Shown here: positions 46,279 through 58,198 of the stretch, in pieces
How positions within the stretch are numbered: position 1 is the stretch's first letter
How the letters are laid out: each line of letters begins with the position of its first letter
Assembly: GCF_058153355.1 (NCBI RefSeq)
Contig: NZ_CM177019.1
Length of the DNA: 64,000 bases
Direction: 5' to 3' (one strand)
Translations under genes and position numbers: made by a program
The notes under the pieces: generated by a model
What the model was told of the DNA's origin: nothing
What the model saw: only the letters and a program-made list of their open reading frames with translations
The model's database searches: none

Positions 46279-47703
46279 CTATGTGAAGTGACGGTGAAGT
46301 CGAAGCGAAGCCAGCACACCGCCTTGTGGCACGTTGCACAGTGTGACTTCGCCATTAAGCAAACGGGCAACCTCACTGACGAACGCCAACCCCAAACCAC
46401 TACTTTTTTGCCCATTCGCACGCGGCAAAGAGTAAAAGCGCTCAAAAACACGCGACAGGGCGTAGTCAGGAATACCACTACCGGTATCCAGCACCTTAAG
46501 CGTAACGTGTTCATGATCCACTTCAGCGCTTAGCGTTATGCTACCGCCCTCGGGGGTAAAATCGATGGCGTTATCCAATAAATTCCCCAGCGCCTGCTCC
46601 AGTAACGCCGATTCAGCAGCAACGTTAACCTCGGTGGGCATAACATGTAGAGTGATGTTTTTTTCCGCCAACTGCACGGTGCGCGCTTCGCTGATGCGGC
46701 GAAATAATGCCGTCACATCAACAGCAGTCAGAACGACTTCCTGACGATTCTCCAGTCTTGCCTGGCGTAGTAACGTTTCCACCAGCGCCTGCATTCGCGC
46801 ATTTTGCGTCAGAATGTTGTCGGTAAAACGAGCCACCACTTCCGGCGGCGGACCTTCGCGTAAAATTTCCGCCGCACCACGAATCGCCGCCAGTGGGCTT
46901 TTTAGCTCATGAGTTAATGCGTAAACATACTGCTCAATATAGTTTTTCCCTTCCAGCTTCACGCGCATACTTTCCAGCGCCTGCGCGAGTTTACGCAGCT
47001 CGCTACTACCGAGATCGGGGAGAGGAACGGGCTTATTGTCAGTGACGGAATCAGCATAGCGAGTGAGCCGGGCAATGGAGCGGTTGATCCACCAAACCAT
47101 GCCTGCGCCAATCACCAGTGCAATCCCCAACAAAATGGCGCTGGCCCATAAAATTCGCCGCTCGCTGCGCTTAATGACCGGAGCCATCGCCGCGTTCGGT
47201 TTGCCTACGCTCAAAACGCCAATAAGCCGCGAGCCGTCCATAATTGGCGCGGCAACATACATCACAGAACTTTCGGGATCGTCAGGATTTTGCAACGTGC
47301 TGCGCGCACCATACTGACCACGCAACGTTAGCCAGACGTCATTCCAGCGCGAGTAATCCTGTCCAACGGCTTTATTTGCCGAATCGAACAATACTTTGCC
47401 CTGCGCATCAGTCATGTAGACATGATATTCATTACGAACTTTGTGAATGCCACCGATATTGGCGCGAAACGGGCGATGTTGTAGCTGATTAAACGCCTGC
47501 GCCAGTTGCCCATGCGTTGGATCACCAGAGAGCAAATCGGAACGCGCCAACTCTGCCAGCAATGTTGCGGTGTCGATCAACGTTCCCTCCGTTGCTCTTC
47601 GCACGCCCGGTTTAACTTCTTTGACAAAAATTGCCAGTACGAACCAGGCCGCCACTGCCACCAGTAAAAAATAGCCCAGCAACAACCTCATGCCGATACG
47701 CAT
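46279..47703 (-). CDS. creC: sensor histidine kinase CreC
   Basis: 474 aa, MRIGMRLLLGYFLLVAVAAWFVLAIFVKEV...; histidine-kinase H-box (ALTHELKSPLAAIRGAAE) visible. Confidence 0.93.
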   Translation of the reverse strand: MRIGMRLLLGYFLLVAVAAWFVLAIFVKEVKPGVRRATEGTLIDTATLLAELARSDLLSGDPTHGQLAQAFNQLQHRPFRANIGGIHKVRNEYHVYMTDAQGKVLFDSANKAVGQDYSRWNDVWLTLRGQYGARSTLQNPDDPESSVMYVAAPIMDGSRLIGVLSVGKPNAAMAPVIKRSERRILWASAILLGIALVIGAGMVWWINRSIARLTRYADSVTDNKPVPLPDLGSSELRKLAQALESMRVKLEGKNYIEQYVYALTHELKSPLAAIRGAAEILREGPPPEVVARFTDNILTQNARMQALVETLLRQARLENRQEVVLTAVDVTALFRRISEARTVQLAEKNITLHVMPTEVNVAAESALLEQALGNLLDNAIDFTPEGGSITLSAEVDHEHVTLKVLDTGSGIPDYALSRVFERFYSLPRANGQKSSGLGLAFVSEVARLLNGEVTLCNVPQGGVLASLRLHRHFT

Positions 47704-48392
47704 TACAGTCCCCTCAGGCTATATCCCATGCCGCGATGAGTATTAATCGGGGAAAGATCGGGGTTAATGGCGCGCAGCTTGGCACGCAGCGTTTTAATGT
47801 GGGTATCGACGGTGCGATCGTAGGTGTCCTGCGCATCTTCCCACACGCTATCCATCAGTTGCTGGCGGGACCAGACGCGGCCCGGCGACTTGAGTAATGT
47901 TTTCAGCAGCAAAAACTCATACCGCGTCAGCGTTAATGGCGTGTCAAACCAGCTGATCTGCGCCGCAGGTTCATTCAATTCAAAATGACCAATACGGATA
48001 ACGGGAGACGGCGTCGAGAACTTCCTCACCCGACGCAGTAAGGTGCGCACTCTGGCGCACACTTCGCGAGGTGAAAACGGTTTAGCCACGTAGTCGTCAG
48101 CGCCAATTTCCAGCCCAAGCAGGCGATCGACCTCTTCACTTCGGGCCGTCAGGAACAGTACAGGTAACGCCGGATGGAGCGCCAGTAACTGGCGGCACAA
48201 TTCAAAGCCGCTGATATCAGGCAAACCAACATCGAGAATCATGACATCGGGAACCTGCTGGCGAGCTTTATCCAGCACCGGCAAGCCTCGCTCAAAGACC
48301 TCGACGGCAAAACCTTCCTGTTGCAACATGTAGACTAGCGTGTCGGCTATCCCTTGCTCATCTTCCACTAACCAGACCGTTTCCCGTTGCAT
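47703..48392 (-). CDS. creB: response regulator CreB
   Basis: 229 aa, MQRETVWLVEDEQGIADTLVYMLQQEGFAVEVFERG...; its stop overlaps the creC start at 47703. Confidence 0.93.
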   Translation of the reverse strand: MQRETVWLVEDEQGIADTLVYMLQQEGFAVEVFERGLPVLDKARQQVPDVMILDVGLPDISGFELCRQLLALHPALPVLFLTARSEEVDRLLGLEIGADDYVAKPFSPREVCARVRTLLRRVRKFSTPSPVIRIGHFELNEPAAQISWFDTPLTLTRYEFLLLKTLLKSPGRVWSRQQLMDSVWEDAQDTYDRTVDTHIKTLRAKLRAINPDLSPINTHRGMGYSLRGL

Positions 48393-48404
48393 AAATCGCC
48401 TCTG

Positions 48405-48878
48405 TTATTGCCGCCACGGCATGACAGGAACCGCGCTAATCGCGTTTTTCGGCGAACCTTCTACGACTTTGTCGGAGTAAGCCAGATAAGCGAGCGCGTT
48501 GCGTTTGGCGTCATAAAAGCGCACGACCTGTAACGACTTAAAGACCAACGACGTGCGTTTTTTGAATACTACCTCGCCCTGAGCTTTGCCGTTTTTAATG
48601 CGATCTGACAGTTCAATCGGCCCGACTTGCTGACAAGAAATAGCCGCATCGGAAGTATCTTCCGCCAGGCCCAATCCCCCTTTAATACCGCCGGTTTTCG
48701 CCCGGCTCACATAACAGGTGACATTTTTCACATCGGGATCGTCAAAGGCTTCCACAACAATTTTGTGATCAGGACCGATCATTTTAAATACGGTGTCGAC
48801 CGAACCAATCTCTTCTGCATGAGCCAATGGCCCCAGCATTATCAGGCTTAAAGACAGGATCAAATGCTTGTATTTCAT
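48405..48878 (-). CDS. creA: periplasmic protein CreA
   Basis: 157 aa with signal peptide [21 protein letters not shown]. Confidence 0.9.
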
Positions 48879-49088
48879 ATTGTTACCATTTTTATCTATT
48901 ACACGAGCAATTAGTTCGTCACGGTAAATAACATATTGATTAAGAACAAAATCTCAATACTTTTATTTCCGTCAAGCCCTAAAACATACGCTACTAAGAA
49001 AAAAACACTGAATGCTAAAACAGCAAAAAATGCTATTATCCAATTACCTGATGTCAGGTGCTCGTTGTTGAAAGGATGAGGATATTTT

Positions 49089-49958
49089 ATGGATCAGGCC
49101 GGCATTATTCGCGACCTTTTAATCTGGCTGGAAGGTCATCTGGATCAGCCCCTGTCGCTCGACAATGTAGCGGCGAAAGCAGGTTATTCCAAGTGGCACT
49201 TACAGAGAATGTTTAAAGATGTCACTGGTCATGCTATTGGCGCGTATATTCGTGCTCGTCGTTTGTCGAAATCGGCGGTCGCACTACGCCTGACTGCGCG
49301 TCCGATTCTGGATATCGCGCTGCAATACCGCTTCGACTCTCAACAGACATTTACTCGCGCATTCAAGAAGCAGTTTGCCCAAACTCCTGCTCTTTACCGC
49401 CGTTCTCCTGAATGGAGCGCCTTTGGTATTCGCCCGCCGCTGCGTCTGGGTGAATTCACCATGCCAGAGCACAAATTTGTCACCCTGGAAGATACGCCGC
49501 TGATTGGTGTTACCCAGAGTTACTCCTGTTCGCTGGAACAAATCTCTGATTTCCGCCATGAAATGCGTTATCAGTTCTGGCACGATTTTCTTGGCAACGC
49601 GCCGACCATTCCGCCTGTGCTCTACGGCCTGAATGAAACGCGTCCGAGCCAGGATAAAGACGACGAGCAAGAGGTGTTCTATACCACCGCATTAGCCCAG
49701 GATCAGGCAGATGGCTATGTATTGACCGGGCATCCTGTGATGCTGCAAGGCGGTGAATATGTGATGTTTACCTATGAAGGTCTGGGAACAGGCGTGCAGG
49801 AGTTTATCCTGACGGTATACGGAACGTGCATGCCAATGCTTAACCTGACGCGCCGTAAAGGTCAGGATATTGAGCGATACTACCCGGCAGAAGATGCCAA
49901 AGCGGGAGATCGCCCAATTAATCTGCGCTGTGAACTGCTGATTCCGATCCGTCGTTAA
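49089..49958 (+). CDS. rob: AraC/XylS-family transcriptional regulator Rob
   Basis: 289 aa, MDQAGIIRDLLIWLEGHLDQPLSLDNVAAKAGYSKWHLQRMFKD... Confidence 0.95.
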   Translation: MDQAGIIRDLLIWLEGHLDQPLSLDNVAAKAGYSKWHLQRMFKDVTGHAIGAYIRARRLSKSAVALRLTARPILDIALQYRFDSQQTFTRAFKKQFAQTPALYRRSPEWSAFGIRPPLRLGEFTMPEHKFVTLEDTPLIGVTQSYSCSLEQISDFRHEMRYQFWHDFLGNAPTIPPVLYGLNETRPSQDKDDEQEVFYTTALAQDQADGYVLTGHPVMLQGGEYVMFTYEGLGTGVQEFILTVYGTCMPMLNLTRRKGQDIERYYPAEDAKAGDRPINLRCELLIPIRR

Positions 49959-50602
49959 CGCTGCAGCTCATCTAATGCAGGGGCGTCCAGATGCGAGATG
50001 TCCCCTGCGGTTTCAACCACCCAGCCAGACGCCAGCCACAAGCTTTCCTGATAATCCACGCGCGAAATAGAACAGTTACGCAGACGTAAGCGACGCTCTG
50101 CCCATGCTGGTAATCCGAGAATCGTACTCACCAGGCATCCCAGTGCAATACCGTGGCTCACCAGCAGCGGTCGGCTTCCCTGCGGTAATTCCCGACAAGA
50201 TTCCAGTGCCGCATTGACACGATCGCTGAGCTCCTGCATAGACTCGCCTTCAGGAATACGTCCGTCGACAGTGCCATTGACCAGTTGGCGACGCCAGTTT
50301 TCTTCTTCTTCGGTGAGTGAATCGATATTTCTTGTTTCCAGTACACCCATATTTAATTCACGCAGACGAGAATCAAAGATGATGTCACAGCCGCAGGCCT
50401 GGGCGATGATTTCCGCCGTGCGGCGGGTGCGCCCTAAATCGCTACTGATGATATGCGTAATGCCAAGCTCTTTGGCACGGGTCGCCACCTGCATCGCCTG
50501 TTGCTCACCTTTGGCAGTCAGCGGGCTATCAGACTGGCCCTGAATACGTCGCTCGGCGTTCCACTGCGTTTCACCGTGGCGGACTAGGTATACCTGTAAC
50601 AT
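49955..50602 (-). CDS. gpmB: probable phosphoglycerate mutase GpmB
   Basis: 215 aa, MLQVYLVRHGETQWNAERRIQGQSDSPLT... (histidine phosphatase RHG motif); 4-bp convergent overlap with rob. Confidence 0.93.
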   Translation of the reverse strand: MLQVYLVRHGETQWNAERRIQGQSDSPLTAKGEQQAMQVATRAKELGITHIISSDLGRTRRTAEIIAQACGCDIIFDSRLRELNMGVLETRNIDSLTEEEENWRRQLVNGTVDGRIPEGESMQELSDRVNAALESCRELPQGSRPLLVSHGIALGCLVSTILGLPAWAERRLRLRNCSISRVDYQESLWLASGWVVETAGDISHLDAPALDELQR

Positions 50603-50641
50603 GCTTTTTTTCCGTATACTGCTGTAACGTTAATTTTCTGA

Positions 50642-51504
<863 letters not shown>

Positions 51505-51578
51505 TTAGCGGGGGAAGCAAAATACCTCCCCCGGTTGTACTCGCTAAAGAGTACGATAGCATATCATAAACGTGCGGA

Positions 51579-53516
51579 TCAGTAACGACGTCCCCATTCC
51601 GTGGCGCTCATCAACGTTGGTTTATCCCCCATGAAATAGCGGTAGTAAGCGTCATAAGCCAGCACGTTCTTCACATAACCGCGCGTCTCGGAGAACGGAA
51701 TACTCTCGACAAATGCCACTGCGTCGATACGACCAGCGCTATTGCCAAGCCAGGTGCGCACTCGTCCAGGTCCGGCGTTATAAGCTGCTGAGGCGAAAAT
51801 ACGGTTATTGCCAAACTGCTGATAAACATATTGCAGGTAACTGGTGCCGATGTTGATGTTCGTTTCCGGATCCAGCAATTGCCCAGGGCTGCTGTAGCCA
51901 GGAATAGAGAACATCTTCACCGTATGGGTCGCCGTACCAGGCATAATCTGCATCAGCCCGCTGGCCCCTACCGGTGACTTCACTTTCGGATTCCAGGCAC
52001 TCTCCTGACGGGCAATCGCCATCGCATAGCTTTGCGGGATCTCCTTACCGCTGGTGTAACGTTTGAAAAAATCGTTGTAGGCCAGCGGGAATCGTTCTTC
52101 CAGATGATCCCACAACTTCCCGGCGATCGTCGCCTGAACGCTGAGATCCCACCATTGGTTGTTGAAAGCATACCGTGCCAGCTGTGCCTGCTCTGTTTTT
52201 GACTTGCTCTTCACCAGATTGGCCCACTCGCTACGCGCGGTGTTATCGAGATTCCAGTACATCAACTCGCGCACGCGCGCCATCTCCGGCCCCTGAGTCA
52301 GGGCGCTGTCAACATTCTGCGGCGCTTTATCAATCTTCAGCTCATACTCTTCACCGATGCGTTGTGCAGCAACCATCGGGTAGAAACCACGCTGTTGCAT
52401 GAGTTGATGCAGAATCTCTTTCGCTTCAGCTTCACGTCCGCGTTCCAGCAATAAATCGGCCTGCCAGTAACGCCATTCATCTTTCTCTTTCGCTTCCATC
52501 GGCAAACGCGCCAGCCAGGTATTCAGGCCACGCCGATCGCCAGTGCCAAGCGCCATCCGTACTCGGCGTTCAATCAACGAGGTGGATTGCGAGCGCATAA
52601 TGGCGTCATCGCGCCATTTCGCCTGCTCGTCGGTGACATCGTTGCCCATCAAACGCCAGGCGACGATATCGCGCAGTTCCTGAATCTGATCTTCATTAAG
52701 CTGCTGTGCCTGAGCAAGCGATGGAATCATCAGCCGTGCATTTTCAGCATCCTGCCGCGCCACGCTGGCAAACGCCACCGCCGCCATTTGACGGGTAAAA
52801 TCGGTCGCACCGGTTGTACGCGCGAAGGTCAGTACCGTATTAGGGTTGTTCGCCAGAGAAATAATCGCCGAGGCGATAGTTTGGTAATCAGCAGGCATCT
52901 GCCCTGCCAGCACTGTCACCAGGCCTGTGTTACCCGCTTTCATCGCCAGACGGATACGCTCCAGATACGCCAGCGGATCTTGTTTGCCTGACGCACGCCA
53001 GACGCTAAATAACTTGTCACAGGCGTTAGGCTGGCTCTTGCCGGTTAGCCACAGCTCTTTCGCCCCTTGCCAGGCTTCTTCACTCTGCCCGGTGTTCCAT
53101 TTCGCATAGTAGTAATTACATTGCGCTTCGGTAGTTCCGGGCTTTTCCGGGCTAAAGGCTAACAAGCCACGCCAGTCTTCACGCCGCGCCAGTTCATTGA
53201 CGAAACGAGATTGCAGCGTGCGAGCGGGAGGAAGCGTGGGGTTAGCGCGAACAAAGTTAGTGACCGTCACCGCCGGTTGATTCATCAGGTCATCGGTGAT
53301 CTGGCGGTATTCCAGATAGGGATAAAGTGGATAATCCTTCAATCCAGGCATCATTTGTTCGACCACATCCATTTGTCGATTATCCCAGGCCTGCTTAATT
53401 TGCGCGTAACGGCTACGCTGCTCATCCAGTGAGTCGGCTCGCGCCACGCTGCTGACCGTCAGCAGACAGACACCGACAGCCAACAGCCGCCAGGTAACGT
53501 GTTTGGCTTTTTCCAC
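51579..53516 (-). CDS. slt: soluble lytic murein transglycosylase Slt70
   Basis: 645 aa with signal peptide (MEKAKHVTWRLLAVGVCLLTVSSVARA) and C-terminal lysozyme-like domain (...ESAWNPKVKSPVGASGLMQIMPGTA...). Confidence 0.95.
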   Translation of the reverse strand: MEKAKHVTWRLLAVGVCLLTVSSVARADSLDEQRSRYAQIKQAWDNRQMDVVEQMMPGLKDYPLYPYLEYRQITDDLMNQPAVTVTNFVRANPTLPPARTLQSRFVNELARREDWRGLLAFSPEKPGTTEAQCNYYYAKWNTGQSEEAWQGAKELWLTGKSQPNACDKLFSVWRASGKQDPLAYLERIRLAMKAGNTGLVTVLAGQMPADYQTIASAIISLANNPNTVLTFARTTGATDFTRQMAAVAFASVARQDAENARLMIPSLAQAQQLNEDQIQELRDIVAWRLMGNDVTDEQAKWRDDAIMRSQSTSLIERRVRMALGTGDRRGLNTWLARLPMEAKEKDEWRYWQADLLLERGREAEAKEILHQLMQQRGFYPMVAAQRIGEEYELKIDKAPQNVDSALTQGPEMARVRELMYWNLDNTARSEWANLVKSKSKTEQAQLARYAFNNQWWDLSVQATIAGKLWDHLEERFPLAYNDFFKRYTSGKEIPQSYAMAIARQESAWNPKVKSPVGASGLMQIMPGTATHTVKMFSIPGYSSPGQLLDPETNINIGTSYLQYVYQQFGNNRIFASAAYNAGPGRVRTWLGNSAGRIDAVAFVESIPFSETRGYVKNVLAYDAYYRYFMGDKPTLMSATEWGRRY

Positions 53517-53726
53517 AAGCGCATCCTCTAAGTGTCAATACATCAATGCAGCGTCATGCCGCGTAATAGATTTATGCTAACCAGTCATTGCCGTTTACGC
53601 CACGTTACGGACACTTTTTTACTTTTACTGCGAGGGGGATCGACCGGCTGGGATTAGATAAGGAAACAGGCTACACTTCGCCTTTGAAAACTCATCATCA
53701 CGATAAACATAGAGGCGAAGTCCAAC

Positions 53727-55394
53727 GTGGCTCAATTCGTTTATACCATGCATCGTGTCGGCAAAGTTGTTCCGCCGAAACGTCATATTTTGAAAAACAT
53801 CTCTCTGAGTTTCTTCCCTGGGGCAAAAATTGGTGTCCTGGGTCTGAACGGCGCGGGTAAGTCTACCCTGCTGCGCATTATGGCGGGCATTGATAAAGAC
53901 ATCGAAGGTGAAGCGCGTCCGCAACCGGATATCAAGATTGGTTACCTGCCGCAGGAACCTCAGCTGAACCCGGAACACACCGTGCGTGAGTCCATTGAAG
54001 AAGCGGTTTCTGAAGTGGTTAACGCTCTGAAACGTCTGGATGAAGTGTATGCGCTGTACGCCGATCCGGATGCCGATTTTGACAAGCTGGCTGCTGAACA
54101 AGGCCGTCTGGAAGAGATCATTCAGGCTCATGACGGTCATAACCTGAACGTTCAGCTGGAGCGTGCGGCTGATGCGCTGCGTCTGCCGGACTGGGACGCG
54201 AAAATCGCTAACCTTTCCGGTGGTGAGCGTCGTCGCGTGGCGTTGTGCCGCCTGCTGTTGGAAAAACCAGACATGCTGCTGCTCGACGAACCGACCAACC
54301 ACCTGGATGCGGAATCCGTGGCGTGGCTGGAACGCTTCCTGCACGACTTCGAAGGCACCGTGGTGGCGATTACCCACGACCGTTACTTCCTCGATAACGT
54401 TGCGGGCTGGATCCTCGAACTTGACCGCGGTGAAGGTATTCCGTGGGAAGGTAACTACTCCTCCTGGCTGGAGCAGAAAGATCAGCGTCTGGCGCAGGAA
54501 GCTTCACAAGAAGCAGCGCGTCGTAAGTCGATCGAGAAAGAGCTGGAGTGGGTACGTCAGGGAACTAAAGGCCGTCAGTCGAAAGGTAAAGCACGTCTGG
54601 CGCGCTTTGAAGAGCTGAACAGCACCGAATATCAGAAACGTAACGAAACCAACGAACTGTTTATTCCGCCTGGACCGCGTCTGGGCGATAAAGTGCTGGA
54701 AGTCAGCAACCTGCGTAAATCTTACGGCGATCGCCTGCTGATTGATGATCTGAGCTTCTCGATCCCGAAAGGGGCGATCGTCGGGATCATCGGTCCGAAC
54801 GGCGCGGGTAAATCAACCCTGTTCCGTATGATCTCTGGTCAGGAACAACCAGACAGCGGCACCATCACTTTAGGTGAAACGGTGAAACTGGCATCTGTCG
54901 ATCAGTTCCGTGACTCAATGGATAACAGCAAAACCGTTTGGGAAGAAGTTTCCGGCGGGCTGGATATCATGAAGATCGGTAACACCGAGATGCCAAGCCG
55001 CGCCTACGTTGGCCGCTTTAACTTTAAAGGGGTTGATCAGGGTAAACGCGTTGGCGAACTCTCCGGTGGTGAGCGTGGTCGTCTGCATCTGGCGAAGCTG
55101 CTGCAGGTTGGCGGCAACATGCTGCTGCTCGACGAACCGACCAACGACCTGGATATCGAAACCCTGCGTGCGCTGGAAAACGCCCTGCTGGAGTTCCCGG
55201 GCTGCGCGATGGTTATCTCGCACGACCGTTGGTTCCTCGACCGTATCGCCACACACATTCTGGATTACCAGGATGAAGGTAAAGTTGAGTTCTTTGAAGG
55301 TAACTTTACCGAGTACGAAGAGTACAAGAAACGCACGCTGGGCGCAGACGCGCTGGAGCCGAAGCGTATCAAGTACAAGCGTATTGCGAAGTAA
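53727..55394 (+). CDS. ettA: energy-dependent translational throttle protein EttA (ABC-F ATPase)
   Basis: 555 aa, MAQFVYTMHRVGKVVPPKRHILKNISLSFFPGAKIGVLGLNGAGKSTLL...; two ABC domains with Walker A and LSGGERRR signature motifs. Confidence 0.95.
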   Translation: MAQFVYTMHRVGKVVPPKRHILKNISLSFFPGAKIGVLGLNGAGKSTLLRIMAGIDKDIEGEARPQPDIKIGYLPQEPQLNPEHTVRESIEEAVSEVVNALKRLDEVYALYADPDADFDKLAAEQGRLEEIIQAHDGHNLNVQLERAADALRLPDWDAKIANLSGGERRRVALCRLLLEKPDMLLLDEPTNHLDAESVAWLERFLHDFEGTVVAITHDRYFLDNVAGWILELDRGEGIPWEGNYSSWLEQKDQRLAQEASQEAARRKSIEKELEWVRQGTKGRQSKGKARLARFEELNSTEYQKRNETNELFIPPGPRLGDKVLEVSNLRKSYGDRLLIDDLSFSIPKGAIVGIIGPNGAGKSTLFRMISGQEQPDSGTITLGETVKLASVDQFRDSMDNSKTVWEEVSGGLDIMKIGNTEMPSRAYVGRFNFKGVDQGKRVGELSGGERGRLHLAKLLQVGGNMLLLDEPTNDLDIETLRALENALLEFPGCAMVISHDRWFLDRIATHILDYQDEGKVEFFEGNFTEYEEYKKRTLGADALEPKRIKYKRIAK

Positions 55395-55403
55395 TGCGTA
55401 AAA

Positions 55404-55507
55404 TGCCGGATGCGGCGTGAACGCCTTATCCGGCCTGAAAACCAAGCGATTTCAATACGTTGTGAAACTCCAGGCCTGATAAGACGCGGTAAGCGTCGCA
55501 TCAGGCA
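55404..55507. repeat. BIME (two REP units) between ettA and nadR
   Basis: gccggatgcggcgtgaacgccttatccggcct ... aggcctgataagacgcggtaagcgtcgcatcaggca. Confidence 0.8.
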
Positions 55508-55514
55508 TTGGTGC

Positions 55515-56747
55515 TTACCTCTGCTCCCCCATCATCTCCCGCACCAGCTCCACGCAGCGCAGGAAACGGCTGTCGTAATCGTCCTCTTCAACCCGCACAA
55601 ATTCGATATTGTTCTCTTCCAGCATCTCCACCAGCAAGTTCTGGAACTCTTTGCGATCCACCGAACTGCCGAGACTGCGTAAACCATCCGCCACCCACGG
55701 CGTGTTGTTCTCCAGCAGAATCACCAGATCAAAACGGTATTCATCGATCAGCGCCTGTACGAACGGATGCTCGCGCCCTTCGTACTTTTTGCAGAACGCC
55801 TGAGTTGTCACAAAATCGGTGTCGATAAACGCCACTTTATTGGCATATTTTACTGCAAAATCAATATATTGAGCGTGTCCAAGCGCGATTTTATCGTAGT
55901 CGGAATACTGCAATGCAATCTCATCGCCGCCAAGATGCGAAAAGACATAATCGCGACCATATTCCCATGCACTGGTAGTGTTGAAGATATTGGCAAGTTT
56001 GTTTACCAGGGTGGATTTACCGCTCGACTCGCCGCCGAGGATCGCCACGGTGCGCACAAAGAACGGCTTCACTTCGGTAGGAATATATTCCCAGTAGCGG
56101 AACGGATTTTCGCGGATCTGCGCACCACTGATACTCATAAAAGTACGTTTCGGATCGACCAACACCGTTTCGATCCCCAGATGCTCCATATACTGCGGCG
56201 CGTCGGCTTCTTCCGAGGTGTAGATCAGATCCGGCTGGATCCCTTTTTCAGCCATAAACTTTTTGATGCCGTTGCTCCACACATCCCAGCCATGCGGATA
56301 CGGCTCCATGCCCTCTTCGTTGAAGGCATGAATGCGAATATTTTTCTGATATTTAAAAGTTTGCAATAACCAGCGCAGACGATCCGGCACCGTGGGCTGC
56401 TGCGACATGGCGCTGTCTTCGAACAACGCGCGGTCGCGGGTATCGTCAAAGCCCATAATGATATGCAGCTCGTCAACCTGACTACAGGCACGCTGGATAA
56501 GGTAGATATGTCCGGTATGCAGCGGGTAAAACTTACCGAATACAACACCAATAGTTTTCTTCTGCCGGGGAAATTCAAGTCCCAAATAACGGTGCAACGC
56601 CTCCAGCTTTTGCGCGCTGGGGCTTTTAATTTTGGCATTCAGTAACTGGCTTAAATACCCTTTGGTCATACCGCTGGCATCAGCCACCTGCTGTAGCGTA
56701 CAGCCCTGTTGCTTGATGGCAGTTTTCAGATAATCAAATGACGACAT
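55515..56747 (-). CDS. nadR: trifunctional NadR (NMN adenylyltransferase / ribosylnicotinamide kinase / repressor)
   Basis: Track ORF 55515..56768 trimmed to MSSFDYLKTAIKQQGCTLQQVADASGMTKGYLSQLLN... (410 aa). Confidence 0.92.
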   Translation of the reverse strand: MSSFDYLKTAIKQQGCTLQQVADASGMTKGYLSQLLNAKIKSPSAQKLEALHRYLGLEFPRQKKTIGVVFGKFYPLHTGHIYLIQRACSQVDELHIIMGFDDTRDRALFEDSAMSQQPTVPDRLRWLLQTFKYQKNIRIHAFNEEGMEPYPHGWDVWSNGIKKFMAEKGIQPDLIYTSEEADAPQYMEHLGIETVLVDPKRTFMSISGAQIRENPFRYWEYIPTEVKPFFVRTVAILGGESSGKSTLVNKLANIFNTTSAWEYGRDYVFSHLGGDEIALQYSDYDKIALGHAQYIDFAVKYANKVAFIDTDFVTTQAFCKKYEGREHPFVQALIDEYRFDLVILLENNTPWVADGLRSLGSSVDRKEFQNLLVEMLEENNIEFVRVEEDDYDSRFLRCVELVREMMGEQR

Positions 56748-56767
56748 ATCTCCCTCCCTATCTCTCA

Positions 56768-58150
56768 TTATAAGTCGTCGAACACGCTAAGCGCGTCGGA
56801 GAGTTTTTTAACGCCAAAAATCTGCATCCCTTCCGGCGCTTTTTTCGGCACGTTGGCTGCCGGAACAATCGCCCGCCGAAAACCATGTTTCGCCGCTTCA
56901 GAGATTCGTTCCTGGCCGCTGGGCACCGGGCGGATCTCCCCTGCCAGCCCGACTTCACCAAACACCACCAGATCCTGCGGTAGCGGTCTGTCGCGCAGGC
57001 TGGAAACCATCGCCAGTAGTAACGCTAAATCGGCACTGGTTTCCGTCACCTTCACGCCGCCGACCACATTCACAAATACATCCTGATCGGCCATTTGCAA
57101 CCCACCGTGACGGTGCAGCACCGCCAGCAGGATCGCCAAACGGTTTTGCTCCAGCCCTACTGCGACGCGGCGTGGATTCGCCATCATCGAGTGATCGACC
57201 AGCGCCTGGATCTCCACCAGCAGCGGACGCGTTCCTTCCCACACCACCATCACTGAGCTGCCGGAGGTCACTTCATCGCCGCGACTTAAGAAAATTGCCG
57301 AAGGGTTACTGACTTCACGCAGCCCCTGCTCGGTCATCGCAAATACGCCCAGTTCATTTACCGCGCCGAAGCGGTTTTTATGGCTGCGCAGGGTGCGGAA
57401 ACGGGAGTCGGCATCGCCGTCCAGAAGCACCGAACAGTCGATACAGTGTTCCAGCACTTTAGGGCCAGCCAGCGAACCATCTTTGGTTACGTGCCCCACC
57501 ATGACAATCGCCACACCGCGCGTTTTGGCGAAGCGCGTCAGATAAGCCGCCGTTTCACGCACCTGTGCCACGCTGCCAGGCGATGACTGAACATCCGCCA
57601 TATGCATCACCTGGATGGAGTCAATGACCATCAGCTTCGGTTGCTCTTCTTCGGCAATCAGGCAGATCTGTTCAATGCTGGTTTCCGACAACATATTGAG
57701 ATTGTCAGTCGGCAGGCCGAGGCGATGAGCGCGCATTGCCACCTGTTGCAGCGACTCTTCGCCAGTGACATACAGCGTTTTCATCTGCTGCGCCAGTTTG
57801 CACAGCGTTTGCAGTAGCAGCGTGGATTTCCCTGCGCCTGGATTACCGCCAATCAGAATGGCGCTTCCCGGCACCACCCCACCGCCTAATACGCGGTCGA
57901 ACTCTTTAAATCCGGTTGAAAAACGCGGCAACTCCTCAAGGCTGATATCGGAAAGTTTCTGGACTTTTGCCACTCCGGCGCTACCGGCATAGCCACTGAG
58001 ACGCTCGTTACGCGCCACCGTTGGCGACGCAGCAAGACGCACCTCGGTGATGGTGTTCCAGGCATGACAGGCACTGCACTGCCCCTGCCAGCGCGGATAA
58101 TCGGCCCCGCATTCATTACAAACAAAGGCGCGTTTTGGAGCTTTTGCCAC
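56768..58150 (-). CDS. radA: DNA repair protein RadA (Sms)
   Basis: Track ORF 56768..58198 trimmed to a GTG start giving (V/M)AKAPKRAFVCNECGADYPRWQGQC... (460 aa); zinc finger, Walker A (GGNPGAGKST) and Lon-like C-terminus visible. The GTG start is from memory of the E. coli annotation. Confidence 0.88.
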   Translation of the reverse strand: MAKAPKRAFVCNECGADYPRWQGQCSACHAWNTITEVRLAASPTVARNERLSGYAGSAGVAKVQKLSDISLEELPRFSTGFKEFDRVLGGGVVPGSAILIGGNPGAGKSTLLLQTLCKLAQQMKTLYVTGEESLQQVAMRAHRLGLPTDNLNMLSETSIEQICLIAEEEQPKLMVIDSIQVMHMADVQSSPGSVAQVRETAAYLTRFAKTRGVAIVMVGHVTKDGSLAGPKVLEHCIDCSVLLDGDADSRFRTLRSHKNRFGAVNELGVFAMTEQGLREVSNPSAIFLSRGDEVTSGSSVMVVWEGTRPLLVEIQALVDHSMMANPRRVAVGLEQNRLAILLAVLHRHGGLQMADQDVFVNVVGGVKVTETSADLALLLAMVSSLRDRPLPQDLVVFGEVGLAGEIRPVPSGQERISEAAKHGFRRAIVPAANVPKKAPEGMQIFGVKKLSDALSVFDDL

Positions 58151-58198
58151 GGTGTACCTCGTTAATGCTGTGCCGCCCGCAGGATGACGGGCAGGCAA

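Noticed and set aside
55404-55507. BIME between ettA and nadR as a possible second IS621 insertion site
   Set aside because: The REP units are intact and contiguous, and no inserted DNA or recombinase is present; noted only as a potential target.
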